The notes under the pieces are model-generated. The model did not search any database. It was not told where the DNA came from and saw nothing but the letters and a program-made list of their open reading frames with translations. From positions 30,008,001-30,072,000 of the forward strand of contig OX597825.1 in assembly GCA_951406725.2 (NCBI GenBank): a stretch of 64,000 nucleotides of DNA. The letters are read 5' to 3'. The position numbers and the translations under genes are program-made. This stretch comes from Octopus vulgaris (taxonomy: Eukaryota). Positions 1 to 13,530 of the stretch are shown here, one piece after another. The stretch's first letter is position 1. Each line of letters opens with the position of its first letter.

Positions 1-261
1 ACAGAAGTGGTGCAGCACAGTAGATTCAATAGAGGGGGATATATATAAATAAACAAATAAATATATATGTTAGAGTGTGCGTGTGTGTTTGTGTGTGTGT
101 GTATGTGTGAATATATATGTATATTTCTATATATACATATATATGTATGTGTGTGTGTGTTTATAAATTTGTGTTGCAAGATTCCTGATGTGAAACCATG
201 TGTTGAAACAGATATTGTTGTATTTTGGGATGGTCACTATTTTTTGTCACATAAACACACA

Positions 262-437
262 CACTATATATTTGTTCTTCACTCCTTTATTACTGTTCTT
301 ATTTAAACTCATATCCATTGCCTGGAGATCTATCGTCACACAACTGTGACCTCTTCAGCAAAATGTAGCCGCTTCAGACAATGGACATGAGTCAAAGTAT
401 AAACAGTAATCAATGAGTGAAGAACAACTATATAGTG
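262..437. repeat. Foldback (inverted PLE-like terminal repeat) with a degenerate minimal hammerhead at its centre
   Basis: 262-326 is the imperfect reverse complement of 373-437. The minus strand of 325-358 reads CTGAAGA-G-GTCACA-gttg-TGTGAC-GATAG-AT-CTC. Confidence 0.7.
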
Positions 438-441
438 CACG

Positions 442-485
<44 letters not shown>

Positions 486-489
<4 letters not shown>

Positions 490-662
490 AGATCGTTAGC
501 CACTACACACATTTTTTTCTCTCCTTGTTTTCTGTTTCCCTTTCTGTAGAAGAGCATAGGCTTGAAACGTAAAAGACTTTTTCTATTCCTGAGCGTTATA
601 CTAATACATCTGTTTGTTTTGTACACCACCTGTCTTTGTCTTTTGATTTTTTCGTAAACTCT

Positions 663-665
<3 letters not shown>
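486..665 (+). mobile_element. Short PLE-derived element, family A, between (TA)n tracts
   Basis: Homologous to 5070-5260, 63530-63720 and (minus) 63248-63397. Contains CTGTAGA-A-GAGCatagGCTT-GAAAC-GTA at 544-571. Confidence 0.7.
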
Positions 666-705
<40 letters not shown>

Positions 706-723
706 CATACATACATACATACA

Positions 724-759
<36 letters not shown>

Positions 760-760
760 T

Positions 761-831
<71 letters not shown>

Positions 832-899
832 AGTGGATATTGAAGAAGACATCAGGTCATCAGAAGTATTAGTTTCTAACAGTGATTAGTGACAGATCA

Positions 900-1335
900 T
901 TACTAATGCTGTGTGATACCAATTACACTTCTTTGTTGTCTACATCATGAAATTCATTTCCTCAAGACTAGTCTTCAACACTTCATCAATGTGTTTTCCT
1001 TTACCTCCTTCTTTCACAGATTCCATCTACTTTAAGCAGACATCATTTTTATATACAACTGATACCTTCCACATGCTTTATATGTTCATATCAGCACAGT
1101 TTTCTTTCTTGCACATTAAATCCAGTTCCTTTCATATCCAACTTTCAGAATTTCAGTCACTTAAGTACATTGACATTATACATCCAGCAGAGTGTGCTCA
1201 TTTTATTTCCTTCCAAGAGTAACATGTCTTTCAAAGTGAAAGCCCTCATCATGTTACCCTGTAGCAAATTATTTCATTCACAAGCATCATACAAATTTGC
1301 CCTTAACTCTCAATGTGAAACCCTTTGCTGCCAAT
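900..1335 (-). mobile_element. Decayed RTE-clade LINE fragment
   Basis: Minus strand translates, across a frameshift and a stop, to KGFTLRVKG..YDAC.. and LLEGNKMSTLCWMYNV, the post-RT region of RTE ORFs. Confidence 0.65.
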
Positions 1336-1469
1336 GTGAAACCCTTTGAACTTCGGTTCTCTCTCAATCTCTCTCACTCTCTCCCCCTTCTTACTCTCTC
1401 TTCCTACATACATATATATTTAAATACACATATATATTTACATATATACATGTATATGAATATATACAT

Positions 1470-1502
<33 letters not shown>

Positions 1503-1758
1503 CATGTGTGTGTGAGTGAATACATAGATATATATATAGATTCATATATGTGTGTGTGTATGTGTATATATATATATATATATACAAATACATACATATA
1601 TATATATACATACACACACATGCGCACACACACATACACACACACACATGCCAAGAAGCAGTGGATGGTACCAGAATTTTCAACTTGAGTCAAATCTAAC
1701 AAACCACTCCAAATGATTGTTCGAGTATCTGCATAAACGGAGTCTGGATCAATGAGTT

Positions 1759-3590
1759 TGTATTGGCACTGAGTCGCATAAGTTGCCATAAGGAAGTAAA
1801 ACCAAACAGTAATATTTTGAAATCATTTGTGACTTGCATAGTAACTTTGTTTAAAGTGAACAAGCACGGTACACCATCAACCTCACCCTCTAATCTACGA
1901 CCTTCTTCAATGATCAGGTGAAGATAACTGAAGATGGAAATGGATGTGGCGGATGTTCATATGTCTTACTGGCCTCATTTTGCTTCTGCACTCAACAATG
2001 CATTGCTGGAGCCACCCTCCTCTCTATAGAACTAAGAGGGTTTCTTCTGCTGGGTCTGCCAGATTCAGTCTTCATGTGCATAGGTAGACAAGTTCTAATA
2101 TGCTGGTGCTGCTATTCCAGGTCAAAATAGGTCTGGGAACAATAGGGGCCGAGAGTTGATACTGCTCTCTTCAAGACCTTGGAACTCCTGAACCAGGATC
2201 CCACAATTGTCTGCTGTTTAAAGCCCTACCTAGATCACTTACATATATACATGTGTGTGTGTGTGTATTACACACACACATACAGAGTTACTACCTGCTG
2301 CTAATAAGTAAGTTCTTACTGGTTAAACTACCATAGTTCTTCGCATAATTGTGTACTCTTTGCCATCATTGAGTTGCCAGATATAGTTTGATAAAACTAT
2401 TGCTGCTTCTTTTCTTAATCCCAGAAGAAGGCAGTTTAACTAATATCTTATCATTCGGTCATCTGAAAGAGAATTCAGAAGAAAAGCATTAAAATTAGAA
2501 AGAGAAGCAGACAATAATCAATGGAATAAAATAAGCAGTTTATACTCAGAAGAGGAGGTTACTTTAGAGCAGTCTACAAAAAGAGCTCAGTCTACAAAAA
2601 GGACTACTTTAGAGCAGTCTACAAAAAGGGCATGAATGCCCACACAGAATATTTCAAACGCTGTGGACATTTTCCTAAAACGTTGTTGGACATCTGGCAC
2701 TCCACTAATCTTCTCTTACCAGTGCATGAGACAAGATTGAAAAAACTGCAGAGTGAACTCGAAGCTTTTGTAGGTTGGATATTTACACATTAAAGAATGT
2801 AACGAATTAATTACAAAACCATTACAGCACAGTTTACGGTTCAGGCTCAGGGTGGCAAAATGAGGCCAGTAAGACATATGAACATCTACCACATCTGTTT
2901 CCATCTTCAGTTATCTTCACCTGATCATTGAAGACGATCAGAGATTAGAGGGTGAGGTTGATGGTGTACAGTGCGTGTTCACTTTAAACAAATTTTCTTT
3001 GCAAGTCACAAATGATTTCAAAATGTTACTATTTGGTTTTATTTCATTATGGCAACTTATACAAATCAATGCCAATACTAATTCACCTTCTACCTTTCTT
3101 CATATACATTTTTAATTTTGTTTGAATTCATGTTTGTTTATAATTGTCAAGTTCTTTGTTTCCAAATTTATATGCTCTTTCAAATATAACATTCAGTCTT
3201 TTACAAACTTTATTTCCAAGAGAACTTATCATTATTCCCTAAATTTTAAATCATAATTATATCTTTTAATAGAAGTTATCTACTTCTCTTTGATCAACAT
3301 ATGTATACGTTACATGCAAGAGAAGCTATAAATAACAAGAAATATGAAGAATGTCATTGCTCCATTGGTTTCTGCATGCAAAACACAACATTCCATTGTT
3401 TTTGAAGATTGGGACATTTACAAACAAACCGTTTATTAGACACAACACTTTTGATAAACTACAATGTTTAAACTGTGCAGTAATGGTTTTGTGATTAATC
3501 TGTTACATTCTTTAATGTTTAAATAGGCAGCCTACAACAGCTTCGAGTTCACTCTGCAGTTTTTTCAATCTTGTCTCACACACTGGTAAA
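1759..3590. repeat. Two interleaved inverted repeats of an unclassified old element
   Basis: 1759-1983 is the reverse complement of 2854-3078, and 2715-2837 is the reverse complement of about 3468-3590. Both pairs are visibly diverged. Confidence 0.8.
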
Positions 3591-3834
3591 CATTACATCT
3601 CTCACTCAGTCTTTCACTCTCTCCTTCTCCCACTCTCACTGTATATGTGTATGTGAAAGGGTGGAAAAAAGGGGTATTTCTAATACAACACTCAGTCTGA
3701 GCTTTAGGCTGTCTATACTCTTAAATTGCAGTCTTAAGAAGGATTGAAATCCTTCAGGTATAGAAATTCCCGGTGTCACATCAGTAAAACCAATAGCTGG
3801 GTTTAGTGAAGAGCAAAATATTATCCAAATAAGC

Positions 3835-3973
3835 AGACAAAGAAAGAGCTTGTGCTATCTTTAACGACCAGTTACAATTGTTTCTGTACCAACTCTGCTT
3901 TTAACACCAACAGAGTTGGTACAGCAACAATTGTAACTAACCATTAAAGAAGGGATAAACTCTTTCTTTGCCT
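3835..3973. repeat. Foldback hairpin (PLE-like inverted end)
   Basis: agacaaagaaagagc...gtaccaactctg pairs with cagagttggtac...ctctttctttgcct. The left arm reads GAAAC-AATT-GTA on the minus strand. Confidence 0.75.
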
Positions 3974-4550
3974 TCTCATGTGTGTGTATTACACACGCAT
4001 GCATACTTATAAATGTATTACTTGGTACTGTCAATAAAATTGAAGGAACAACATTGGCTGCATTCTAAACATTTAGTAGTGTCAAGTTTATCAATAATAT
4101 TCCTTCAGCTAGTTGAATAAACCCTTTAAGGCTTAGTTAGCTAGTTGAATAAATCAGTAACAACAAAACTTGATTTTCCATCCAAATCTAAATTATCAAT
4201 ATATACATATACATACATACATACATATGTGTGTGTGTGTCAGTGCATGTGTGTGTGTCTATGTATATATACAGGCAGGTAGACAGACAGATGGATTGGT
4301 AGATTGGTAGTCAGAGTGACAGACAGATACAAAAAGAAAGAACAATTAAAGCTAGTACAGGATAAAAATGTAGTTCATCATTTGTAATAATAGAAATATT
4401 GACCAGATACCTAATTAATAGATATTGTTAGCAAGAAGGGAACTCTATGAAGGTGAGACATAATTGTAAGTGATAAGCCATATTTCATGAAACTTCAAAG
4501 TGTCAGTCGATGTGTGTGTGTGTATCCATGTGGGTATATATGAATGTATG

Positions 4551-4584
<34 letters not shown>

Positions 4585-4738
4585 TGTATGTATGTATGTA
4601 TGTATGTATGTATGTATGTATGTATGCATGTATGTATTTGTATGATTGCATGTGCTGGATGCATCCAATCATATGCATAATGCTCCACTGTGTGAACATT
4701 ACTGACAACTAACCATGTGTGTGTGTATGTATATATGT

Positions 4739-5027
4739 GGAGGCACAATGGCCTAGTGGTTAGGGCAGCGGACTCGCGGTCGCAGGATCGCGGTTTCGAT
4801 TCCCAGACCGGGCATTGTGTGTGTTTATTGAGCGAAAACACCTAAAAGCCCCACAAGGCTCTGGCAGGGGGTGGTGATCCCTGCTGTACTCTTTCTCCCA
4901 CTCTTTCTTCTGTTGGCCTGCTCGCTTAGCCAGCGGGGTGGCGTCATTCAAAGGCTAAAACAATGCGAACGCATTGTGACCAGCGATGTGTAACAACATC
5001 TGATGGTCTGGTCGGTCACGTGATCAT

Positions 5028-5030
<3 letters not shown>
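4739..5030 (+). mobile_element. tRNA-derived SINE, family 1
   Basis: Head GGAGGCACAATGGCCTAGTGG (A box) ... GGTTTCGATTCCC (B box). Homologous to 6773-6941, 33380-33715 and 48141-48435. Confidence 0.85.
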
Positions 5031-5068
<38 letters not shown>

Positions 5069-5069
5069 T

Positions 5070-5260
5070 TGCTATGACAGATTGCTAGCCACTACACATT
5101 CTTTATTTTCTCTCCTTGTTTCTTTCTGTGTTCCTTCCTGTGGAAGAGTGTAGGCTTGAAACGTTAAAGACTTTTCACTTCCCGAGCATTAAACTAATAC
5201 ATCTGTTTGTTACCTGCACCACCTGTCTTCGTCTTCTGTTTTTTTTTTGTGAATTCTCCC
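5070..5260 (+). mobile_element. Short PLE-derived element, family A
   Basis: Aligns with 486-665, has CTGTGGA-A-GAGTgtagGCTT-GAAAC-GTT and is flanked by (TA)n. Confidence 0.7.
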
Positions 5261-5282
5261 TATATATATATATATATATATA

Positions 5283-5427
5283 GCTGTGGGATAAGCTTGC
5301 TTCACAACAACATGATTCTGAGTTCATTCCTACTGTGTGACACCTTGGGCAAGTGTCTTCTACTATAGCCTCAGCCCACCCAAAACCTTGTGAGTGGATT
5401 TAGTGAATGGAACTGGAAGAAGCCTGT

Positions 5428-5430
<3 letters not shown>
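5283..5430 (+). mobile_element. SINE family 2, 5' part
   Basis: caccttgggcaagtgtcttctactatagcc core shared with the other family-2 copies. Confidence 0.7.
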
Positions 5431-5469
<39 letters not shown>

Positions 5470-5778
5470 AATATACACATACACACACACATATGCACAC
5501 ACATGCACGCACACAAATACACACACATACACACACACACACATATACAATATCTCACAATATGTACAGCCTTAAAAAATTTCAGTAAAATTGTCATTTT
5601 GCCATTGGCCTGATAATATAGAAGGAAATCAAATGTAATTTATAATGTATAAAATGTATTATACATACAAACATTATACAAATTTGGAACATAAAACAAT
5701 ATTTTCAAAGTAATGAACAAAATATCAATTTTGAAATGTTACAAAAATATGTACACCCTAAAGGATTATTTATTATAT

Positions 5779-7113
5779 TCAATATTTGGTATGACTGCCC
5801 TTGCTTTCAATGACTGCATTAAGTCTTCTGGACATAGAGTTGACTAAATTTCTGCAAATAACCGATAAAATCGACCTCCATTCATCCTGAATGATGTCTT
5901 TCAACTGTGCTACATTGCAGGGTTTTTCCTCCTCAAAATTCCTTTTCAAAACCCCCTACAGATGTTCCATTGGGTTTAAATCAGGTGACATGGTAGGTCA
6001 AGGCAATACCTTTACCTTTTTATCTGATAAAAGCTTAGCCGTCATCTTTGAAGTGTTTTTAGGGTCATTATCATGTTGGAACATGGAATGTCTTCCTAGT
6101 TCTTTGATGTTTTTTCAACATTGATTTCTGCAATATGTCACAATAAAGCATTGAATCCATTGTTCTCTCAATAAATGTGAGTCTTCCCACATCAGCCACA
6201 CTCATGCATCCTAATGCATAACACTTCCACTGCCATGTTTCAAGGTAGGTTTGGTGCATTTGTTACTATCATTTTCACCTGTTCATCTCCATACTTGTGT
6301 AATACCATCTGACCCAAACAATTTGATTTTAGTTTTGTCAGAAAAAAGAATTTTATTTCAAAACACTTTCCCCTTACTCAAACAGATTTCAGCAAAAGAA
6401 AGATGACTTGATTTATACCTGGTAGTAAGGAAAGGCTTCCATGAGGACCACAATGGTTCAAACATCGGTGAACTGTCTAGGTGGACACACTCTTTCCACT
6501 AACAGAAGATGAAGCAGTATGATGCCTATCATCCATCATGCAACATTGGTTCTGGCAAATATCATGTGCAGTTAAAGCAGAAGTCGACCTGGATGATGTT
6601 TATTGCCTAGCCGTCCAGTAGCTTTGTACTTTTGAATTAATTTGGCAACTGTGTTTACACTGTTATGTATTCGTTTGCTAATTAACTTGTATCCTGAACC
6701 ATTCTTTTTTTTTTTTTTTTTTTGTACTTGTTTCAGTCATTTGACTGCGGCCATGCTGGAGCACCGCCTTTAGAGTGGTGAAAGAGTACAGCAGGGATCA
6801 CCACCATCCCCTGCCGGAGCCTCGTGGAGTTTTTAGGTGTTTTCGCTCAATAAACACACACAACGCCCGGTCTGGGAATCAAAACTGAGATCCTACGACC
6901 GCAAGTCCGCTGCCCTAACCACTGGGCCATTGCGCCTCCACGGGCCATTGCGCCTCCACGGGCCATTGCGCCTCCACGGGCCATTGCGCCTCCACGGGCC
7001 ATTGCGCCTCCACGGAGGCGCAATGCAATTCTTGTGCAATTCTTTTAATTCTTGTGCAAATTATAAATAATTTTCTTCAGATCTTCAGACAATTCTTTTC
7101 CTTTTGGTGTCAT
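5779..7113 (-). pseudogene. Tc1 (DD34E-type) transposase pseudogene interrupted by a SINE
   Basis: Reads MTPKGKELSEDLKKIIYNLHKN / GSGYKLISKR..VNTVAKLIQK, FQHDNDPKNTSK, SPDLNPMEHL, KGSHTKY*, with frameshifts and stops. Confidence 0.9.
6705..7025 (-). mobile_element. Chimeric SINE insertion (family-1 head, family-2 tail, poly-A) with five tandem 18-mers at its 5' end
   Basis: Poly-T at 6705-6723, family-2 tail, family-1 body, then (GGGCCATTGCGCCTCCAC)x5 at 6924-7013. Confidence 0.85.
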
Positions 7114-7730
7114 TTTAATCACAATGAAGAAGATTTTCACCATGGTACCAAATCAGAATTCCTGCAGATGTCAAAACAATGAGTGGTGAAAAAATGCCAG
7201 AAGAAATAATCTATTAGAATTGAAATTATCAGCAATATCTGAATTTAGCAAAAAAAGTGGATAAAATATTGAATATAGCAAATAATCCTTTAGGGTGTAC
7301 ATATTTTTGTAACGTTTGAAAATTAATATTTCGTTCATATCTTTGAAAATGTTTAGTGTTTTGTATTCCAAATTTGTGTAATGTTTACATGTATAATATA
7401 TTTTATTCAGTATAAATTTCTTTCGATTTCCTTTGATATTATCAGAGTAATGGCAATTTTGATGAAATCTTTTAGGACTGTACATACTTCTGGGAGATAC
7501 TGAATATATATATATGTGTGTGTGTGTTTACGTATGTGTCTTTGTGTCTGTATTTGTCATCCCACCATCACTTGACAATCGATGTTGCTGTGGTTATGTC
7601 CCTGTAGCTTTATCTTCTTTTCATTGGATATATATATATATACATCTAATATAGGATAAAAATTTTTCGAAAAAATTCTATCAATGGCCAGCATATTAAA
7701 AGATACCTTTAAATGTTAAATTTCTAAGTT

Positions 7731-7767
<37 letters not shown>

Positions 7768-7784
7768 TACATATACAAATATAT

Positions 7785-7992
7785 ATGTGACCTCGTGTGT
7801 ATCGTTGGCAATTTTTTTTCCTCTGTCTTCCCTTCTCTGGATCTTTCCTTCTCCTATGTTTCCAACGAAGAGCTCCACTCGAAACGTTAAACCCTCCTTC
7901 TTCCCTTCTTTCATGAGCATCCAATGATACTATAATTGTTCCACGTCCCCGCGTTGTTGTGTTTTTTTGTGTTTTCTTGTTTGGATTAACTT
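7785..7992 (+). mobile_element. Short PLE-derived element, family B (mutated hammerhead core)
   Basis: Aligns with 58430-58625. Reads GTTT-CCAACGA-A-GAGCtccACTC-GAAAC-GTT-AAAC. Confidence 0.7.
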
Positions 7993-8061
7993 TATATATA
8001 TATATACACACACATATATACATGCATAAACATACATATATATATGCATACATAGACATGC

Positions 8062-8107
<46 letters not shown>

Positions 8108-9404
8108 TAGAAATGCACCCCAGCGTTGCATAGGTGTTATGACCTACAGCCACATTGTATCATTTATTCCTTTCTTATGGGCAGAATTGGAACACAGGGT
8201 GTATGAAGCAAACAACACTTATTTACAAACATGTTTGTCAGTCATTTTCTGATGACCAACGCTGTAGTTTCCATCAACAAAATTCAGTCACAAGTCTGTG
8301 GCTGGCACAGGGCTATAGTAAAAAACACTTGCACAAGGTACCATGCAGAGGGACTGAACAATAAACCATGTAGTTTGGAAGCAAACTTCTCAACCACACA
8401 GTCATTCTTGCACCTAAAATGTGTCTAAGTATGTGTGTGTGTTTACATTAGTTATTAAATCGTGTATTTTGTCGCACAATGTCTCAAAGTTAGCAGTTCA
8501 TCAAGCAGAGATCTATAAAGTAAATGCCAGATTGAAATACGTACTGGATTAAATTTTTAAAGGCGATACCCCATCATGGCGACAGCCATAAGATGAAAAT
8601 CATTAAAATAATGTTTAAAGAGTTAATGGCTTCAAATTTAATGTAAGCACAAGATAATTAGTTAAAAAGTTCGTATTGAACTTCCACTCTATACAATAAC
8701 GCTATATGTACATCTTAGTCTATTTGACTTCCAGCAATGAACAATTGTAATTTGAAGTTGAATGGTTAGCAGCAAGTAAGGTGTCCAGATTTCTTAAAAA
8801 ATTATTATGCAAAATATTCTGAGAAAAAATTATTCTTTTCATCACAACAAAACACACACACACACACAGGTGTCTTTGTGGTAACTTGCACTACTACAAA
8901 TAGCAATCACATCTCTCTTAAAACACACTCATCAAAAGAAATACACAGATTTACATTATTTCAGGAGGAAAAACAAAAGTCTATGAAATGAGTCTGCTAT
9001 ATCAGAGGCAACTCTGAGCTAAACAAAACACAGACAAGCATAATTCACATTAAAAGATTATCTACTAAACAATACAAATAAAGTTGATGGAATATCTTTG
9101 AAGTTTCATTCCCTGGTAAAACTGCATGTATTTTAAACATTTTCTCATTATGTTCTAAGACATATTGTTCAAGCAGAGTTGCCTCCCTTAGCTAAAGACC
9201 TCAAAATTGTGTAACCCAACCTTGTTTACGAGGCAATTTTTGTAGTAAAAAAGAGTTAATGTGCCAAAAACATAGTTTCTTTGGTAGCCAAAAGATTAAT
9301 GAATTATTAATATCTCATAGCTCAAAATCTGCAACCCAGTTTTTTTGTCCATAAAGACAAACACAAACTCTGTTTTTATTATATAAGATATATATACATA
9401 TAAA

Positions 9405-9849
9405 GACCCAAGAAGACTTGGGATGATGTGGTGAAGTATGACCTTTGAACATTGGGTCTAGCCATGGTCTATGCCAGTGTTGCATAACTGGTTCATTTAA
9501 GTATACCCTTCAATCATTGGGCAATATAATGTGCTTGAGAAGACCTGTTGAGTCAAGTGAAATCATTGTCGTGGCAGACACTAGTACCACCTGACTAGCA
9601 ACCATGCCAGTGGCACAGAAAAAGCACCATTTGAGAGTGGTCATTGCCAGTTCGACCTGACTGGCTCCCATGCTGGTGACAAGTGAAAAAGCATTTACTA
9701 TACTCTTGAAGGGCATCCAGTTGTAGAAACCTTGCCAGATCAGATTGGAGCCTGATGTAGACCCCTGGCTTGCCAGTCCTCAGTTAAACCGTCCAACACA
9801 TGCCAGCATGGAAAGCAGACGATAAACATTGATGATGATGATGATGATG
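9405..9849 (+). mobile_element. RTE LINE 3' end with (GAT)n tail
   Basis: RPKKTWDDVVKYDL motif, then the conserved 3' UTR ending gcatggaaagcagacg...(gat)n. Confidence 0.8.
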
Positions 9850-10038
9850 GTGTTTTATATATATATATATTTATATAGAATAAGTAGAAAGATATATTAA
9901 AAAATTTTTTTTTCAACACGTAAATACTGAACAGTACATATAAAGGATAAAATCCATTTTTAAGAGCAGAAAAATTTGCTGGCAACCAGCCATTAGTGTT
10001 TCAAAAACATACTTTATGTTTGTTTACATATGACATAT

Positions 10039-10078
<40 letters not shown>

Positions 10079-10514
10079 CATACATATATATATATATATG
10101 AATATATATATATGCACATATATACATAGATATATACATACATATACATATGCACATACCTATACATTTATACATATACATAAGATATTTATATGTATAT
10201 AGCAACATGATAGCATGAAATTATGACATTATAACTGATTACTTTGTCATGAATAGCATAAGCAAGACCAGTCGAGCATGAAAATAATTTATTTTGTATA
10301 TATATTTTTTCCAACATAAAATTTCTGTGCACTTACCTTCATTTTATATATTATTTTATTACAATTCACCTTGTGGTATTCTTTTTTCTTGAACTTTTTC
10401 ACTACATATATATATTACTAAAAAAGAGGGGATCAGTTAAATTAGATGAAGGTTAACAATGAATCACAATGCATATTTTTTTCTAGACAGTTTATTCCAA
10501 AAATTCTTGGTAAA

Positions 10515-10588
10515 TTAACCATCCATAACAGTAGTTAAGTCAGAGTTGAAAGGGTTGTTCACTGGTATCTGGTGTCCTTCAAATCCAT
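10515..10588 (-). CDS. Candidate phase-1 last exon (xGFEGHQIPVNNPFNSDLTTVMDG*)
   Basis: Weak acceptor ctttgatgcatag, open frame to TAA, AATAAA about 20 nt downstream, unique sequence. Could be chance. Confidence 0.25.
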
Positions 10589-11288
10589 CTATGCATCAAA
10601 GGTATAATTGGTCATGTGACATGCTGTAATTCATAGTAACAAGAATGAAACAAAAGTATGTTTTGAGTATCACTACATATGTTTTCAAAACAAACTTTTA
10701 CTTAGAGCATTGGTGCGTTTTATAATTTGGCAACAATATGCAATACCAAACAACATTATGTAAGATTGTGAGATTGTGTTTTCATAAAGAGTTACATCTT
10801 CAGGTAATACACCAATGAATACTTTTTGGGTGAATAGTCACAAAATGTTTAATGGCATATAACGATATCTGTGAACAGACAAAGATATATAGAATGCTTG
10901 ATTTGAGGAACTTAAAAATTGCAGAAGTATAGAAGTGTATTTTGGGCCACTAAACAATTACATCCATTAATTTCACATGCAAGACAAATTCAATATTTGC
11001 TTTCTTCAAGCAAAAATGAATCATAAGCAAGAGGCTGCACATATTGATAAAAAGCAAAATATACCATAATCTACTTTTGTCTACAGTAATAAATCATCCC
11101 CACTCTAGTGTCCATTTCTGGTTTAAGGAGCTAAATTCTAACCAATCCATATTTGAAGAAAGCATGAAATGAATCTGATCTGCTTGTAAAATTTTTGGAC
11201 TTTATTGGTTACTGGCTTGATATAAACTCCCACTCTCTCAAAGTACATCAAATCAAGACAGTTATGGAGAATACGGAGAATAATACAT

Positions 11289-11692
11289 CTCTTTACTCTT
11301 TTACTCTTTTACTTGTTTCAGTCATTTGACTGAGGCCATACTGGAGCACCGCCTTTAGTCGAGCAAATCGACCCCCAGGCTTTGTAAGCCTAGTACTTAT
11401 TCTATCGGTCTCTTTTGCCGAACCACTAAGTTATGGGGGTGTAAACACTTCAGCATCAGTTGTCAGGCGATGTTGGGGGGGGGGGGACAAACACAGACAC
11501 ACAAACACATACACACACATACATATATATACATATATATGACAGGCTTCTTTCAGTTTCCGTCTACCAAGGCTTTGGTCGGCCCAAGGCTATAGTAGAA
11601 GACACTTGCCCAAGGTGCCACACAGTGGGACTGAACCCGGAACCATGTGGTTGGTAAGCAAGTTACTTACCACACAGCCACTCCTATGCCTG
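11289..11692 (-). mobile_element. SINE family 2, full length
   Basis: tRNA-like head, internal (CA/TA)n and a (GAGTAAAA)n tail. Homologous to 21087, 47321 and 55985. Confidence 0.9.
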
Positions 11693-11984
11693 TGTATCTT
11701 TTTCATTTTCACAGTTTTGTATACAGCATATTTAATTTAAATCTGTCTGACGTACGTTTCTGCTACATGAATGATTCACAGATGCTTTTGCATACAGTCT
11801 TATTCACCTGGTTTGTGGTCTATGCAGCTTTAGTCAAGGCTCGGTCACTGTTGTGGTTTGAAACATATGTCAAACAAATTTATATTAAATACATTGTGTA
11901 CTTGACTGTAAAAATAAAATATGCAGATGTAGCAACCTCCACATTTATTATTATTGTTTCATATATATATATATATATATATAT

Positions 11985-12015
<31 letters not shown>

Positions 12016-12027
12016 GAGGAACATGGC

Positions 12028-12238
12028 AGAGTGTGTGTTTATAAACAAAAACACCTAAGCCCCACGCAGCTCCGGCAGAAGGTAATGGCAAACTTCTGCT
12101 GACTCTTTCGTCACAACTGTCTTTCACTCTTTCCACATGCCACGGACCGGCGTCCCATTCAGGTGGGGAACCTATATGCCAAGGAAACCAGGAAACCGGC
12201 CTTAATGAGCCAGGCATGGCTCTAGAAGGAACAAACAA
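12028..12238 (+). mobile_element. SINE family 1 variant, 5'-truncated
   Basis: Matches the body and tail of 33380-33715 and 48141-48435. Confidence 0.75.
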
Positions 12239-13053
12239 TATATGTGTGCGTGTTTGTGTGTGCATGTTTATATACACACACGCACACACAAACACGCACA
12301 CGCACATATACATATACATATATATATATATATATATATAAATATTTGTGAGGGGAAGTTTGAATATATGTCATCATATATATATATATTATCCTCATCA
12401 TTATCGCCTTATATATATCATCCAACCCATGCCAACATGGAAGGCAGACATGAAATGATGATGATGATGATGATGATATATATATATATATATATATATA
12501 AATATATAGACATGTTAAGCAGATGATGATGATGATGATGATGATATATATATACATATATATGTTTATATATGTGTATATATATGTATATATAGACACG
12601 CTAAGCCGATGCTTACATAAAGAGAGACATTTCTACAGATACACACATGCACACATACACATTCACACACACATGCATACACACACACATGCATTCACAC
12701 ACACACACACACACATACACATGCATGCTCACAGATGCATGTACTTCACATCAGATACAGCATTATGAAATACGTTGACTCTTCAGTGAGATATCACTAG
12801 GTAGGAAGATACATTCTCCTTTGCCAAAAGTGAATTCAATGAAGCCAAGACAGAATTGCATTAGCACACATAAGCTAAAATAAGATATTGGTGCAGACAG
12901 AAGAAAATGTATCACAGGTACAACAACAGAAAGTCGTGATAGAGCACATGAAATGGAATTATGACTGATAACTTATAAAAGAAAACAAAAGTACCGTGGC
13001 TACAGAATTCTGTGAAATAAAAGAGTTTTAGTTAGGATTCCTTTTGATGTATA

Positions 13054-13110
<57 letters not shown>

Positions 13111-13476
13111 GCTATCTAATTCCAAATTACAGTGTTCACATACGCTATTATTTCTTGGCTCCATATTGTTCCCTTCTAGCAAAGAATATCTACATATCAG
13201 TTGGTGAGTTGACATTTCTTACAACAGCAGAAGCACATATTTATCCTGCTATCTTTAATAATTCTTCCCAATTTATATCTATTTGCCTACCTACCAACTA
13301 TCCATCTATCAACTGTTTATCTCACCATCTATCTATCTATTTGTCTATCTATCTATCTATCTACCTAGCTGCCTGTCTGTCCACACTTCTATGTATGTAT
13401 GCATGTATGTATCTATCTATCTACCTAGCTGTCTGTCTGTCCACACATCTATCTATCTGTCTACCTACCTACCTTC

Positions 13477-13530
<54 letters not shown>

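Larger units (their letters stand above)
5567..7480 (-). mobile_element. Full-length decayed Tc1-family DNA transposon with long (~220 bp) TIRs
   Basis: TA|CAGCCTTAAAAAATTT at the left and CTTTTAGGACTG|TA at the right. About 5567-5787 is inverted relative to 7263-7480, and the element has TA target sites. Confidence 0.9.

Noticed and set aside
3835-3973. Pre-miRNA
   Set aside because: Better explained as an inverted TE end; no recognisable miRNA seed family and no small-RNA data.
4739-4812. tRNA gene (also 58051-58125 and other SINE heads)
   Set aside because: The A/B boxes run into SINE bodies that recur many times, so these are not standalone tRNAs.
6924-7013. CRISPR-like or coding repeat (GPLRLH)n
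   Set aside because: There are no spacers; it is the reiterated head of a SINE in eukaryotic DNA.
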